From Phoronis australis (lineage: Eukaryota; Animalia; Phoronida): 64,000 nucleotides of DNA. The DNA is taken from assembly GCA_002633005.1 (NCBI GenBank), contig NMRA01000033.1, positions 401,346 to 465,345 of the forward strand. Reading direction: 5' to 3'. Positions 24,855-38,689 of this stretch are shown here, in pieces. The notes beneath the pieces are model-generated. The model made no database searches, was not told where the DNA came from, and saw only the letters and a list, made by a program, of their open reading frames with translations. Within the stretch, counting starts at the first letter, position 1. Every line of letters begins with the position of its first letter. A program made the position numbers and the translations under genes.

Positions 24855-27800
24855 CTGAGAGAGAAAACAGTCGCCAAAACCAAAACACCAGATAAACTAG
24901 ACCCAAATGTTGTCTTAATCAAGATTTGTTCCAAACAAGTGGAGACAAGGGGGTCATAGGATTGAGTGGACCAGCTTAATCACTTGGGCTATAGTTGACA
25001 CGATTGACCTCTGCGACCTTGAGACTTATCAGTCAAAGGCAGTCAACTACTTAAAATGCGTTTTTTGCAAAACAAGGAAAACACACCCAACAAATAGAGC
25101 TCAGACTGGCACAATTTACAAGACAAGAACTAAGTGACATCATTTAACACCATTAACTTGACACATTGCGTCATTTCACCCTAAATTTAGTTTATCTGAG
25201 CCTCAAACTGGTTTATCAATGATCTCAAATATTTATTTTGACAAGTTATCTTTGGCTATGATACTGATATACCTACTTAAGAATCCATAAGAGGCTTAGT
25301 TAAATATTTGTGTAGTTAACTTGAAAAAGTAGGCATAAACTTTATTAATTATATTATTTGTGTAAAGTGGACAAATTGTCCCAGATCAACTGAACATCCG
25401 CAAGGCAATTTTACCAAGGATTTTCAAAAGCGCCCCCTGGGATTGTCCATCTGCATCCTCAAAAAGCTTCTAGGGTACTTTAGGAAACTGTATTGCTTGC
25501 CACAACATTGTCCTACATCAATGGGCTTTAAAAAGGCAGTAAGACTAAGTTGAGATTACACAATTCAATTCAGACAGATGGTAGCATTAATTGACTTAAC
25601 TTGAGATGCCAGCCACATTGAGGTTGTTGGCAAGTTGGCTACTGTAAGAAGTCTGTCTATGCCTTCATTAGTAATTGATCAATTTGGAATATTTTAACAA
25701 CCCTTTCAGGACCAAAATGGTGCTTTTTCTGTCCTCAGAGCTCTAATAGTGTTTTTACTTTGGTGGTCAGGGGCTCTTCCGTAAGTCCCCAGTATGCAAC
25801 CGGTGGGTGCCAAGGCAAACCGATAGGAACTGAATGACTCCCAAAAATATAATTAGGTCACAGACACCAAAGTTATCATTGCAAAGTCCCACAAGTGCGA
25901 AGCAAAAATGGCAGAAGTCTCCTGCAGGCATACAACAGATTCTTTTAGGTGTTTCTGATATTTCCATTACTGAAACTTTAACTGGATCACACGAGTCACA
26001 AAGGGCCTTGGCGGAAAATAACCATAACAGATAGTAGTTGCGCAGGACTAGATTACCAGCCATTCACATCGACTGTGTTACATTCAGATGGTTATCAGCA
26101 GTACAGTCATTTTGTACAGCATTGAAATTCAGTGACATGGTACACAGGTAATTCATTATGACACAAACTGAAGATGAAGAGCAACAGTCTTCACGCAATT
26201 ACGGACGGGGTAAAGTTTTGTTGGTAGCCACTTAGATGTTAGGTGGTCAGCGAAGTCACATGTCTGACTGCCATGCTAAAATCTAAACCAACTTCAGAAA
26301 AACTAATTCTCAGAAATACACTTTTTTATTAATTGTTGCAAATGCCCAAAAAATTTTCAAAATGTTGCCAAAACCATCAGATACTAGTAAAGATTAAAAC
26401 AAAATTTGGAAACATTACTAGAAAGGTGAAATAATCTCACTTAGCTATGTTTTCATTTGGTTTCCTCTAGGTTTTCACCACAAGATCGTTAATGCTGAGC
26501 TCATTAGCCTCTTCATTTTTCTAAGCCTTTTCTGCTCTGAAGGCATCATCAAAGAATGTGTCCCTGATATAGCTTCATTAATTTGTCAAACTGAAGAGGA
26601 CAGTTCCAACATATTACTACAGAGCAGGAGAACTACTCGAATAGAAGATTAAAACAATACAAAAGATGCGCAAATAGGGTAACGGATAGTGTCGCTGCGC
26701 TAAAATTATAAGTCATAAAGTACAAAATGCGTTTATTGATTACTCATTAGTACATACAACAAGTCCACTCTTCTCCATTGTCGAAATTACGCAACCTCCA
26801 ACAAAAGCACTGGTGGCACACTGACCTTTTCTGTTAAGTGCAAACATAATTGCAGTTCTGTACTATTGCAAATTAGCCTGCCTTGTTATCTGAACCACTG
26901 AAACAGTAATTCACAACAGTGCAGAAGAACAAGTTAACATTTATTCAACTTCTGATTTTTGAAAACTGAATTCAACTTTTTTACGATATGATTCCATTTT
27001 TCAAAGTGACAAGTAGTAATCGAAGTTAGTGTTCAGAATTGAAAATCCAAACGTGTTTGAGGGACATTCAAGTATCTCGCATATGGCAGTAAGTAGGTTG
27101 CGGAGACTGGTTAAAACAGGTCGAGAACACTGAAATGGTCACAAAATATTTATGAAAAAGCACTATATATGTTTTGGAAATATTATGCAAGTGTGGTATC
27201 AAAAAGCATCTTAGCATGAATAATAATTTGTACACTGGTGTTATCATGAAAGATAATTCCAGTTTCCACTCTTAAATTTTAAAAGTAGAGGCAACTGAAA
27301 TTGTCATTTATAACTGGTAAAAAAGAAGGCAAAACATCTTAGAAATGGATGCCAATATTTTAGTAAACAAATTTCCATTAGATAATAAGTCTGAACAGAA
27401 TGATTACATGCCACTCAAAGAGTAAAACATGGTAATGATCGTAATGATCGTCCATTATCCACAGTCAGTTGGATCATTGATATTATGTGAATGTGTTAGG
27501 CACATCGCCATGGTAAACCCACTGCAATTTATGGGCAACAAATGGATTTTATCTTATCGTTTTTAAGCAACATAAGTAGCATCATATTCACTGTTTTTCC
27601 ATGTTCAAATTATGCACCACAGCTAACATCCGACAAAGTTTTGAAAAATCATGACCATTCACTATCATGTTAAAAGCCCTTGGAAAACGAAAAAATGCAA
27701 TATTGGGTGTCAGTTTTTTCCAAGTGAAATTTTATTGCAGCAAAAATGAGTAATGATCAGAACTGAACCAAGGCAACCTGAAGCCAAGTTCAAGTCATTC

Positions 27801-28431
27801 ATTTGGTTAGGTGAATAGTCAGTAAGAACTATTGAAAATTAAATGGAAGAATTCAAACAGAAATTACTCCACTGAGAACCAGAGGTCTATAAGTTCCACT
27901 AACATGTTTCATGATGGCTCAACTTGCTAATCTCTATGCCTAGAGTGGCAAAGGTATGTCTAGAATAACTAACCCATACAATTTACATTTCCAATTACAT
28001 AAAGTAAACACAAACACTGTTTGCATGTTTAATGTAGGAAAACAAACAACTTCCTACACAACCTTTTTACCAATGAGCGCTAGCTTTTCCCAAACTAGGT
28101 TCGCATGAGTGACACTGAAACCTCCAGCACAGCGCCTGCCCAGGAAAAGTGACCTTTGCAACTGTTCACATTACTAGCGTTTCTGCTGCTCGCAAAGTTC
28201 TGGAGAAAACACTAACGTTTTGGTAGGATCAGCTCACAGGATTGGATAAATTCGCTACATTAGCAACCTTACAATCGCAGAATAGCTCGTTACCCTTCAG
28301 ATTAGCAAAAAGAGCGTTGATACAATCAGTTTAGCGTCCCACAATGTCTGACGAGCGCTACCTGTAATAATGGGAATGCAAGTTAAGCACCAGGCAGTCT
28401 CATATGGTTTGACTAGCCTGTCTATGTAAGT

Positions 28432-28735
28432 AGCGCCCCTAGTGGTCTAAAGAAGAATCGCTGATGAGCTGCTAACACACGATTGAAGGCTTTCAATCGA
28501 TGTTTCACAAATATGCAGAATCCATTTTTGCTAAAATAGCAAAGGTAGCCCGTCAGAGTAGCCCGTCATTCCGTGTTAGTGCCCCTAGTGTTTTTAAGGT
28601 GAAAAATTGCCGATTAGCTACTAATATGCGATTGAAAGCCTTCCAGCAACACCAATATGCAGAATTGCTATAATCGCAAGGGCAACTCGTCAAAGTAGCC
28701 CGTCATTCCGTGTAACGAAGAAGTGCCCCTAAGTG
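28432..28735. repeat. Diverged ~146-bp tandem duplication
   Basis: AGyGCCCCTAGTG..GATTGAArGCyTTC..AATATGCAGAAT..GTAGCCCGTCATTCCGTGT occurs twice, followed by the start of a third copy. Confidence 0.75.
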
Positions 28736-29639
28736 CCGGTTCAAATACAATCTATGAATTTACAAGTGACTGAATTGCCATTTTGCAACACCACCTCCAG
28801 TATTGTCACTAGCGGTTGGGAACAGTCATTGGGAAAGATTACAAAGGGGGAGTTCCAGTGGGAGCATCGTAGCCTAATTTGTCTAAGTCAACAGTTCCGA
28901 GTTAAGCCAGCACACTTACTTCAAACAGTCAAAATTCCAAGTCTTCGTTAGGAGGACCATGCGGTTTCATGCCCATACACAAGCTGATGGCGTGAGATAA
29001 GAGTTGCCTAACAAATCAATATCGCTGGAGTCACAATTTTGCTCTTTTGATGGTCAAGCCAGCTCAAATTGATGCTTAGAGTGGGTGCAGTTGATGGTCC
29101 CTCAAGTCAAATCGAGATATTACATCAAAGCCATTTTGTGTCGTGTGTGACAGTAATTGCAACTTGGGTAAGAGAACTGGTTCCTGAACCCCAAAATGTC
29201 AATCATCTCCAGTCGCAAATTTTCTCCCTAAGCAGTACCATTTTTCAGTTCATTTCCAAAGTCTGGGAATATTGTACTTCTCACCTTGGTGAAAGGAGCA
29301 GATAAAAACCAACCAGTGTGTTTTCGTATCAAGTGTGGGTAATAATGGTTGTATCATTCTGCACACAATGCTGATAATTCTCAATGGTACACTACAAGTT
29401 CAACATCAAAAAGCCAATGCTAGCTCTGATTATCTGGACAGGATAATTGAAATCTCATACTCCCATGCACCTTAGCCATACACATGTGATCGTGCTAAAA
29501 ACATCCAAAATGAAAAAAGTTGCAAGAGTAAAGTATGTTTTAGCATGATTTTCTCCCTGAATTCACACCAGTGCAGAGCATTGATACATTTTAATGTCTG
29601 ATTTCACAGGGATCCCACTGGTTATACAGCCATGGATCT

Positions 29640-30230
29640 GAAAAACGCAAAATTAAGTGCGGCCATCGGGGGACACCAGACAGTTGCCAGACCTCTCCAA
29701 AAATCATAGTCAGTCATGCTCATCCCAGTAAGAACACATATACAAATTTTCACAGCAAACTTTAGAGTGGTTTGATGGCCGATAAAGAGGTGGATGCCAA
29801 AAACAGATTCTAAAATAATAAAAATAATAAAAATGGTGATTAGGTGGCGTACATTATGTCATCCAACTGAAAATGGGAAGGTGTCATTGCCTCTTTAACA
29901 GAAACAGGTTTGTCAATTTCATTTAAAGCCCGTCTAATCACAGCAAAGACACAGAGACAAGTGAAAAAAATATAATTGCCACTAAAGGGACTCAGTTGGT
30001 AGTCGGATCTGTTCAAAAGTTATTGTCATCTGCTGTCACCTTCATGGAAATACACTTTCCAAATTTATCAAAGTTCCTTCACACCGCGGTTTAGGAGATG
30101 CAGCCAAGACAAAAAAAAAACACAGAAGTGGCACTAGAAGACCCCTCAGTGGTCAGAGCTGTTCGAAAAATCATCACAAGCTGTTCTCTTTCCAGTAGGA
30201 ACACATGTGCCAAATCTTGGGATTAATACA
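29640..30230. repeat. Diverged ~150-175-bp tandem array related to 6280-7250
   Basis: Recurrent AAT.GCCACTA.AGG block near 29655, 29830, 29973 and 30125. Confidence 0.5.
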
Positions 30231-30684
30231 TCCCTCAATACTCAATACTGGTGGTGGAATGTTGTGGCTTCAACAAGCATAGACCAAATGCTGATATAAT
30301 AAAAGTCGTTTATTCAAAGTAAGTTCATTGAAAACATTTTATTCAGTTGGATTTGGACAGGTATCTCAAAATAAACCATCAAGTAGGAAGACTGGGCCCA
30401 GGGTTTTGAAAATTAAATGACATCCAGACAATTATGGTGTTTACATAAATGTCTGAAAATCAATATGGGACGACATATACTATCATTTATGGATATTATA
30501 TAGGGGTATATTAACCAAGATCCAATTTCCTAAATTGTGTAAAATAAAACACATCACTTATGGCACACTTTAATGTCTCAACAAGAGTTGTGAGTGGTCA
30601 GCTGATTTATGTCCTGTTTAGATGTTAGACACAGTGCAAACTAACACAGTGCAAGAGATGATTAATGTGAAGCAAGAAGGCTGT

Positions 30685-30747
30685 TTACACACGCACACAC
30701 ACCACGCAGGCACGCACGCAGGCACGCACACACGCATACACACACAC
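30685..30747. repeat. (CA)/(CACG) microsatellite
   Basis: Visible run. Confidence 0.85.
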
Positions 30748-30929
30748 CTGGCAAGTTGGAAGTTGTAGGCAGGAATGCGGAATGGCAAGCTCAGAGTGAC
30801 AGTTTAGAGAGCCGTCCACACATAGACTTGCTCCAGAAGAAGTTACTCCTGGAACGAGTTGTCGCTAAGTTTGAGTGCTGTCTGGACGCTATTTAAAATA
30901 GTGCAACTTACCCCACTTGTGACAACTAA

Positions 30930-31936
30930 AGTCCCGTCCACACATAGCCTACCGTAAAAGAACTTGCACTAGTGCAACTTACGTACCCCACTTTAAGTGG
31001 AGCGTCCACACAAACATATGCGATAAGTAGGGTAAGGCGGAATTGTCATACTGATACTGGCACGATATAGGGTGACGTGCAAAAGAAAACCTGTCTGTAT
31101 GTAACCCCAGCTGATAATTACTTCAGCCCTACCCCACTTTTGCAGCCACACAGTGATTACAAGTGGCATAATTTACCCTAGTGGACGTTCATACTGGCTT
31201 CGGTAGTTAATGAACATCGAAGTAAACTGATGGTGACACTGTCGTCATCGAAGTTATCGCAAGGTGGCGCTGCACGCTAAGATTTTTTTTCAATGTGACA
31301 ACTTGGAAACATTTATATGTGCCAAATGACATTAAACTTACTTTTAAATCGATTGGTTATTATTAGAGCAAAATATGAGCAGCTTTTAGTGACGGCACTC
31401 ACCTATCCTGTAACTGTTGACGATAGCAGTGGCTCCTGGTGATAACTTCGATTGGACAGAAGTTAACCGTTCATACTGCACCGCAGTGTCGACGCTGCGC
31501 TATAAAATCCACCTGTTTACTGCGATGATAACTGGAGCTGTTAACTGCGATCCAGGACTGGAGTTAAGCGTTCATACTGACCGCAACTCCCCAAACTATC
31601 GATGCGTCGACGTTAGTATGAAAGGCCCTTAGAACAAGTTACTCATTCTAGGAGTAACTTGTTCAAGGGTAAATATATGTAAGAATGGCACTTTACTCCG
31701 CATTATCGAGGTGGGATAACTTGTTCTAGGGTAACTTGCGCCACTTGTAAGCACCGTATGGCCGCAAAAGTGGGGTAGGGCAGAAGTAATAATCAGGTGA
31801 AGATAGATTTTCCTTTGCCATCATGCTCGCGTTAGGTGTTCATTGTAACGCACAGACTGGCAACTTCTGCCCTACCCTAGTTATCGGAAATGTGTGTGCG
31901 GATGCTGCACTTAAAACTGGTGTAAGCTGCACTAGT
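30930..31936. mobile_element. Foldback PIF/Harbinger-like MITE family B with ~215-bp inverted arms
   Basis: 30965-31180 is the reverse complement of ~31726-31936. The left end GTCCCGTCCACAC is Harbinger-like. It is interrupted by a family A element. Confidence 0.75.
31182..31629. mobile_element. Harbinger-like MITE family A nested in family B
   Basis: Inverted copy of 39467-40125, ending GTATGAAAGGCCCT. Flanked by TAG on both sides (31179-81, 31630-32). Confidence 0.85.
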
Positions 31937-31961
31937 TGTTTCTCATCTCATTAAGGTACAG

Positions 31962-32190
31962 GCAGCGGCAAATCTACGTTTTCAGTAAGTGGGGTTTGGG
32001 ATTCGAGCGAATCCGAGGCGCGTAGCGCCGAGGGGAAGGAAGGTCAGGAGAGGGTTTCCCTCTTCCTGTGTAAGATTTTTTTTGGTTTTTAGTAGCTAAT
32101 TTCGTTTCTCTGGCGAATTTATTTTCAATTTTTATTTTTGATCCTGTCCCGAGGGGGGGTTTGAACCCCCTGAAAAATTTCAGTGGCAAT
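31962..32190. mobile_element. hAT-like MITE remnant
   Basis: Starts CAGCGGCAAATCTACG, contains the GAGGCGCGTAGCGCCGA hairpin and GGGGGGGTTTGAACCCC. The right TIR is unclear. Confidence 0.4.
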
Positions 32191-33308
32191 CCAAAACAAG
32201 AAACACCTTGAAATGTTGAACTACGCAATTATACAAATAAGATGTTCACTTAATAGTAAAAATCTGACTACGCAGTCTTGTTTTAGTGGTAATCTGAACC
32301 AGACTTAAATGTTAATTACTGGGTAATCAGCTAGACACACATCCTTCACTTAACCTCATGGCAGCACCAACCAATATACAACTGAAAATGAGTTTTTGCA
32401 AATATAAAATGCAAATTCGTAAGTTTCTGAACACTGTAGATTCTTGTGGTTTTGTATGCATTTTCTGAACTATCATAGACAATAAAATGCAGGGTTTAAC
32501 AGAAATTACGTATGGCACCTATTCTACACTTTTACATGCGTTTGCAGTCGTTGCTACTCAAATGCCAACAACTATTATGCAAGGGACATAGCTTGAAGCA
32601 GGTTTTTAACACCAATTATTTGTATATATTGTTATATCACAAAGATATGCTCAATCATTCACTAATTAAACCAGCCTAAGGCTTACCACTGACCACTGAA
32701 ATACAGTGCAAGCTACAACCCCATTCCTCCAAACAACTGAATGCAAGAAGAATGCGTCAGAGTGCTAATGGAATTCACCATCAGAATAGTTCAAAAGACA
32801 AGTCATAAACCGCCACTGGGACACCAAATTTTGTACACGAAATATAATTATTGATGTAAACTTTATGTAAACACAAGAGACTGCATTCAGAAGCTATAAC
32901 CAACACCAAAAGGTATCCAAGTCAAAAAATATTGTTTATATTTTCACAGCAGTCACAAGGCAATCCGATTATCAGGGATAAAAAATTAAAGATGTCATAC
33001 CGTAGGACTAGTAAAGAGATTCAACTTTTCAGTGAACACATCAACCAGAAAGCAAAAGAAAAACTAGTTCCATGTACGAAATAACAAAATATAAATTGTG
33101 AAAATTGAATATCGATAAATGAAGCTTTTCGATCTCAACGAATTTTAAATTTGAAGCTCAACAGTTTTAGAGAGCAGATCTTAAAAAACATGCAAAGAAT
33201 CAAAGACAGGCTATTTTACTGACCCTTAGGTAAATTCTAGGTATTTTTAGACCTCCAAATTAGAGAGTCAACGATGGATACAGAGTTTGTCTTCAATAAT
33301 GCTTGAAC

Positions 33309-33407
33309 AACAAAACAGCACTAGCGAGCATCTTGAAACCAACAAAACAGCGCTAGCGAGCATCTTGAAACCAACAAAACAGCGCAAGCGAGCATCTTGA
33401 AACCAAC
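33309..33407. repeat. 32-bp minisatellite x3
   Basis: AACAAAACAGCGCTAGCGAGCATCTTGAAACC repeated. Confidence 0.9.
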
Positions 33408-35664
33408 ACGCATCGTCTGGATCCATTCCGACATCTGACGATGAAACAGATATTGCATTATCACGCCTACATATGTAAACAAATTGTATATTACATGGTA
33501 ACCCTGTCAGAATCTCATGAAATGAAGTCAGTACATAACACAGATAGAAACAAGATACTATGAAAATCAATAAGAACGTAATGAATGATTTTCCGGTGAG
33601 AACTGAGTATATAATTATGCAGTGAAAAACGGGCTTCAGGCAAGCTTTTGCAAAATAATGATTTCCTATAATGGAAACCCCGTAGTTATAAATTGTTTCA
33701 TCTCGCAAGAAACAAAAGAATCCGGAGTGATCAACAAGCAGTTATTTGTAATTCACGTTTTTGGCATTCAATGTCTGTTCCATAAAATGCAGTCTTCATT
33801 TTGCATATTCAAATAGACATCTTGCACTATCATCCGTAACTTGCACAATCACATGAAGGCTGTTCATGGTAAAAATTCCCCAGTTGGGACAGTCTCTAAA
33901 GTTTGGAACACTGAAGTTCAAGCCAACATTGAATTTTCTTCATTCTGAAGATTGGGATTACGGGCAATTTTCGTGTTCATCATATTTCTCAAATATACGA
34001 CACTGGTTTTATATCAACAAAGTCCCGAGACGAAATCACTAAAAATAGCTGCCAATGAAAAACTCTTGATTTTTGAATTAGGGACGGCCAATATTGCCTA
34101 TTGCTAAATTCAGGTACGGTTCCCACCAATATAATTTAATATTTCACTGCCCAAACTGGACAATATTTACCGTTGTGATCTACTTGATCTTAAAGTACCC
34201 CAGAGTTTTGCAACAGTAAAATCACAGCTTCAACTCATAACCATGACCGTTTTCAACAGACCTTAGCAGTGTTTCATGACATCTTTACCTCATTAATGTT
34301 GCATTATCACGAACCGCCCCCGAGGTGAGAATTTTACACTCAAAGTGTGTAAATGTGGCAAAAATGTGTAATCCGTGTAAAAAGCGTGTAACATGTGTAA
34401 AAAAATTCCACGTTATCTTGTAAAACGTGGCAACTGACAAGTGATTGGTAAAACGGCCAAGTGTATTATCATTCAACCGTTCTCATAAATCCACAATTGT
34501 GGTACCATTTTCACAGACTCCGTATCGCTAACATTGTCATTTTGGTCAACGACATTAGTTTTGATGGCAGGCTCTGCATGCTTAAGTTAAAATTTGAATG
34601 CAGTGTTTGGGTATTTAATTCACGAAAATAAGGCGTGATAGAGATGCAATTTTAATGCGCCTCTAAGCCTGAGTACAGCGATCAATAAGTGCATCAATGA
34701 ACATTTTTATGAGCTAATGATTTGGGTGCTCTCCTAAAGTTACCCCTACTTAAAACTATACCGAACATTGCTTTGGTAATACTTCTATTACCTTGGGACA
34801 TCTTGTTTTACACAATAGTCTAAATGATTCTTGAAATTATAGAAATTCATTTTCCTTTAAGCAAGGTTGATTTCGGAAAAAAACGTGGTTAATGGGTCAA
34901 TTGACACGCAACTCAACAGGTCTATGAGCAAATCTGCTTACGATACCTTTGTAGTTTCAAATTTTTGAGCGACATTTTAAAAAGTGTGATTTCACAATGC
35001 TACCTCCGTATGTTGAGTGGTCCGCAGCCAAAACTAGATAAATTAACACTAATTCAACTATGGATCTACCAAATCGTTTCAGATAAGGAGAGTTTCACAA
35101 TTCTTCATTAAAGCTTTATTTAGTTCCTTTTCTGCGTGTCGAAAATAGCCAACTTCTAAGAAAGATACTTAAGAACGAAGCAATTTTCGGGTAGGCCAGA
35201 AATGAGTATGAATTCCGTTTCAACCAAAGTAAAAACATTGAAAACAAGAAGTGCTAACTTGCCTCATTTAAACACACAATTTTTTGAGGCATTACAAAAT
35301 TAGATCAAAGTTAACAAATTACAACCACAATATCCTCATAAATCAATTTAAGAATTCACTTGCGATACATACACAACTGGAAAGATTAGACAATACCAAC
35401 TTGATTAAAAAATCAACAATCAGCTGATAAATACGACAAACTGAAGAAAATTTGAGCTTTTGTTGAGTATATTTACATTTATCAATCAAAGCACCACACC
35501 TAGAATTGATTTGTATAATCATGTAATGATAGTTAAACATTGGATTAAATTCTATTGACCAACTAATCTAAAGAATATGGAAAGTCAAAGCAGAGAAAAT
35601 TTCAGGGCACAAACTTTAGATGCAAAATTTAAAAACAGGTCAAAACCAAAAAACAAATCAAATT

Positions 35665-35812
35665 ATCACGTCAGGACCTATAATGTATTATGTCAAGACC
35701 TATAATTCATTATGTCAGGATCGAAAATTTAACACTTCAAGACCAAAATTTAACACACCAGGACCTACAATTTAATACATCAGTACTGAAAATTTATCAC
35801 GTCAGCAAAATT
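35665..35812. repeat. 22-bp tandem array (~7 units) with CAGGACC core
   Basis: atcacgtcaggacctataatgt / attatgtcaagacctataattc / attatgtcaggatcgaaaattt and further units. Confidence 0.75.
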
Positions 35813-37486
35813 TTCATTCCAGACCACCTGACCATGACGTCTGTCTGTTTTCTTAAAGGAGACTGGCAGACTTGAAAACTTCCTTCACGAAGAACCATAC
35901 CGTTTTTTTCTTGGAAAATGTCTGCAAAACCTTCAGAAAGTAGCATAAAAGTTGATTAAAATATTGCAGCAAATTCGTTGGGGTAGTTGTTTCTTGGCAG
36001 TAGCAAGTCACCTCGATAAAAATCAAAATACACCTGGGCATATATTTGGTTTTGATGAATTCTTCCACGTGGTGCATAAAATACTCAGTGCACACTGAAA
36101 CTAAGAAAGTAAGACAGAACACAATTTATTCTCAATACGTGATCGTCACTACAGGTAGGAGGTAATGGCTGAATATTTACTTCAGTTATGGTTTTAGTGT
36201 CCATTTTCTATAAAACTGGGGAATCTTGAGTAGGATTCAACCTTGTATAAGTATATATGCCTGAAATATTTCTCAACTATATCCACTGGGCTTCATGTGG
36301 TTCTGACAGGACAAAATCTCAATGTCATATTTTACAACAGATATTAGTACTTTTTACATAAGTCTACATGAAAATTTTTACCAAAACTGACTTTAGAATT
36401 CTAAAAGTGTGTTATTTTCAGTCAGCAATGCACATTAGCATGGGATCATGACCAACTAGAGACATCTATTGAGCAAAACAAAAACTACCGTATTAGATAT
36501 GCTGGTAATGAAGACCCTGGCTGGTTCCATGCTAAGCAATAAATTGCTTGTGGAAGCAGTAGACATGAGAATGTGACCCTGTAATTCAACTGTTCAAATA
36601 GATTGACAAGAAATAAGGTCCTAAGCATTGTGTATGGAAATAGTCGCCTGTAAATAGAAAGGGTATTAATGTATTGCCAAAACCAATAATGTCCCTAAGT
36701 TTGTTCTAAATCTGAAAAGAGAAGTTCAACACGGCTGCCAGCGGACAATCTTTAATACATGTCCAAGTAAATTACACAAGTGACAGGATTAATTGGAAGA
36801 GCAAAGGATCAAAGAACATCAAAAACGACAAAGTTTTCGACAGGTAAGTCTCAATTTGTTGTGCCGTTTTGTGTTTTCAATAGATTTTTGCTCCAGGCGT
36901 TGATGGATCATTAAGTTATTAGTTCCCTGCCCTTGCTGAAAAGTACATGTTTAGACAGGTAAATTCGATATGGTGGTTCTGAAATTTTTTTACAGGGCGT
37001 GTGGCTTAGTAACATGCTATTTTCAAGTCAAAGTTCACCAGACCACCTATACCTAGAACGGAGACAACTGGCATTCTGAGCAATGACAGAAGATACTATT
37101 ATGTGTCAACAGTGTTAGTCAGTCTTAGAAGCACATGGCAAAATGCCAATCGAATTAAACAGACTGTACTTTCCACAGTGTGTAGTGCGGAAGAGATCTG
37201 GAATGGAAACCTTGCCTTTGGGCTGAACATGCTATGACTAATTCGCTTACGGGGAAAAACGCATTTCTAAAGATATGCGGGAATTTTTACCTTCTTCTGA
37301 GTGGATATGACTTGGATCAAAGAAAGCACGGTGCAAGAGTCGGACGCAGTGGTGATGACTACATTGTCCAGTGCAAGCAAAACATTTTAACTTTAAAAAC
37401 TAGACTGAAATATTTAAAATATATGACAAAAACATTACGAAACACAGTTAAACCAACAATCATTTGGGAAATGGCCCTTGTCAAAA

Positions 37487-37755
37487 CATGCACGCACCAG
37501 AGGAGGGCTCAGGGGGGGCTTGAACGAGCCCCCACCCATTTGGCACAGTGGGCAAAAAGGTCCGTCTCAACAGAAACAAAAATTCTGAAAAAAGTAACGG
37601 TAGTACAGGAGACAAAAGTCCACTAAAAAGGCAGGAACTACCAAAATTTGGTGAGTACACAATTCACAGATCTGAACGGACCCTGTGAATCTTAGTAAAA
37701 GGTCCACATTCTCAAACACTCGAGCCCCCCCATTTTTAGGCTGGGTGCGCGCATG
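37487..37755. mobile_element. hAT-like MITE with 5-bp TSD
   Basis: TIRs CATGCACGCACC.. / ..GGTGCGCGCATG, with CAAAA on both sides. Second copy at 58210-58458. Confidence 0.85.
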
Positions 37756-38529
37756 CAAAATAAACCCAAGTTACTATTTTGTAATATATAAAATGTCATC
37801 AAACCCATACTTTCGACATTTCAGGCGGTAAGTCTGTGCAAATGTCCGAGAAAACTAATTTCGGTGTAAAGTAGTAGTACTACTACCTTTAATGGAAGCC
37901 CAATAATGCCATTTTGAATAGAAGTAAAATATTTTGTCTGGTGGGTGGCCACCAAACAATGGGAGACTTTCTAATAGCAACTTGGCAACTGGTCATGTGG
38001 GAACGAGTACCAATGGCCTCTAGTACAAATACAAGGTAACTCCTGGTAGAGCTGGTGGCCGTCACTGGTCTCAGGTGATCAACCCTCATTGCGGCTTCCT
38101 GAAGTCTCCCATTATCTAGCAGCAGCACTCATCTGGCAGCCACAAAATAACAAAATATTTTTCTTTACTTCAAAATGGCACTATTGAGCTTCTGTACCTT
38201 TCCACTTCATTAGGCTTGAATAGAAAGGGCGTGCTGAACAGGCATTATAAAAGTTGTCCGAGGCCAAAGATTATCCGAGCGACGTTAACCAGTACACTAT
38301 CAGTGAGAAATTCTGCACGTGAACATGGGAAAGTCATCATGTTATTTGAAAACCTGGAACACTGACAACGGAGTACTACATAGGAATTAGTTAAAATCCC
38401 TTCAGAGCACAAACTCTACACTGATGTTTCTTTTGGCCCACATAAAACTTAATAGGTTTCCACACTCGCCGTCGAGTCTCGATTCACACAGACACTGATT
38501 GACAATGATCATAAATATGATAGGCTTAC

Positions 38530-38689
38530 CGTTTTGTCCGTCCAACCATAGACTACAGATAATATCTATGGTCCAACGGCACTGTGACAACCTTGCATAA
38601 CAGACCTTCAGTCTGATCAGACTCCTGAATTCGAAATCGAAATCAAAGGTTCCACAACACAAACTCGCGTTTCTAACAAAATTGGTCAT
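38530..38689 (-). other. Candidate upstream first exon
   Basis: ATG at 38689, 53 open codons (MTNFVRNASLCC...WLDGQN), then G|GTAAGC (phase 1). It lies in CpG-containing sequence with no repeat recognised, and could equally be non-coding. Confidence 0.3.

Noticed and set aside
33268-33708. 146-aa hydrophobic ORF
   Set aside because: T-rich strand bias plus the 32-bp repeat explain it. No recognisable domain or splice structure.
34500-35400. Possible retroelement ORF2 remnant on the minus strand
   Set aside because: Only vague peptide similarity with many stops, not supportable.
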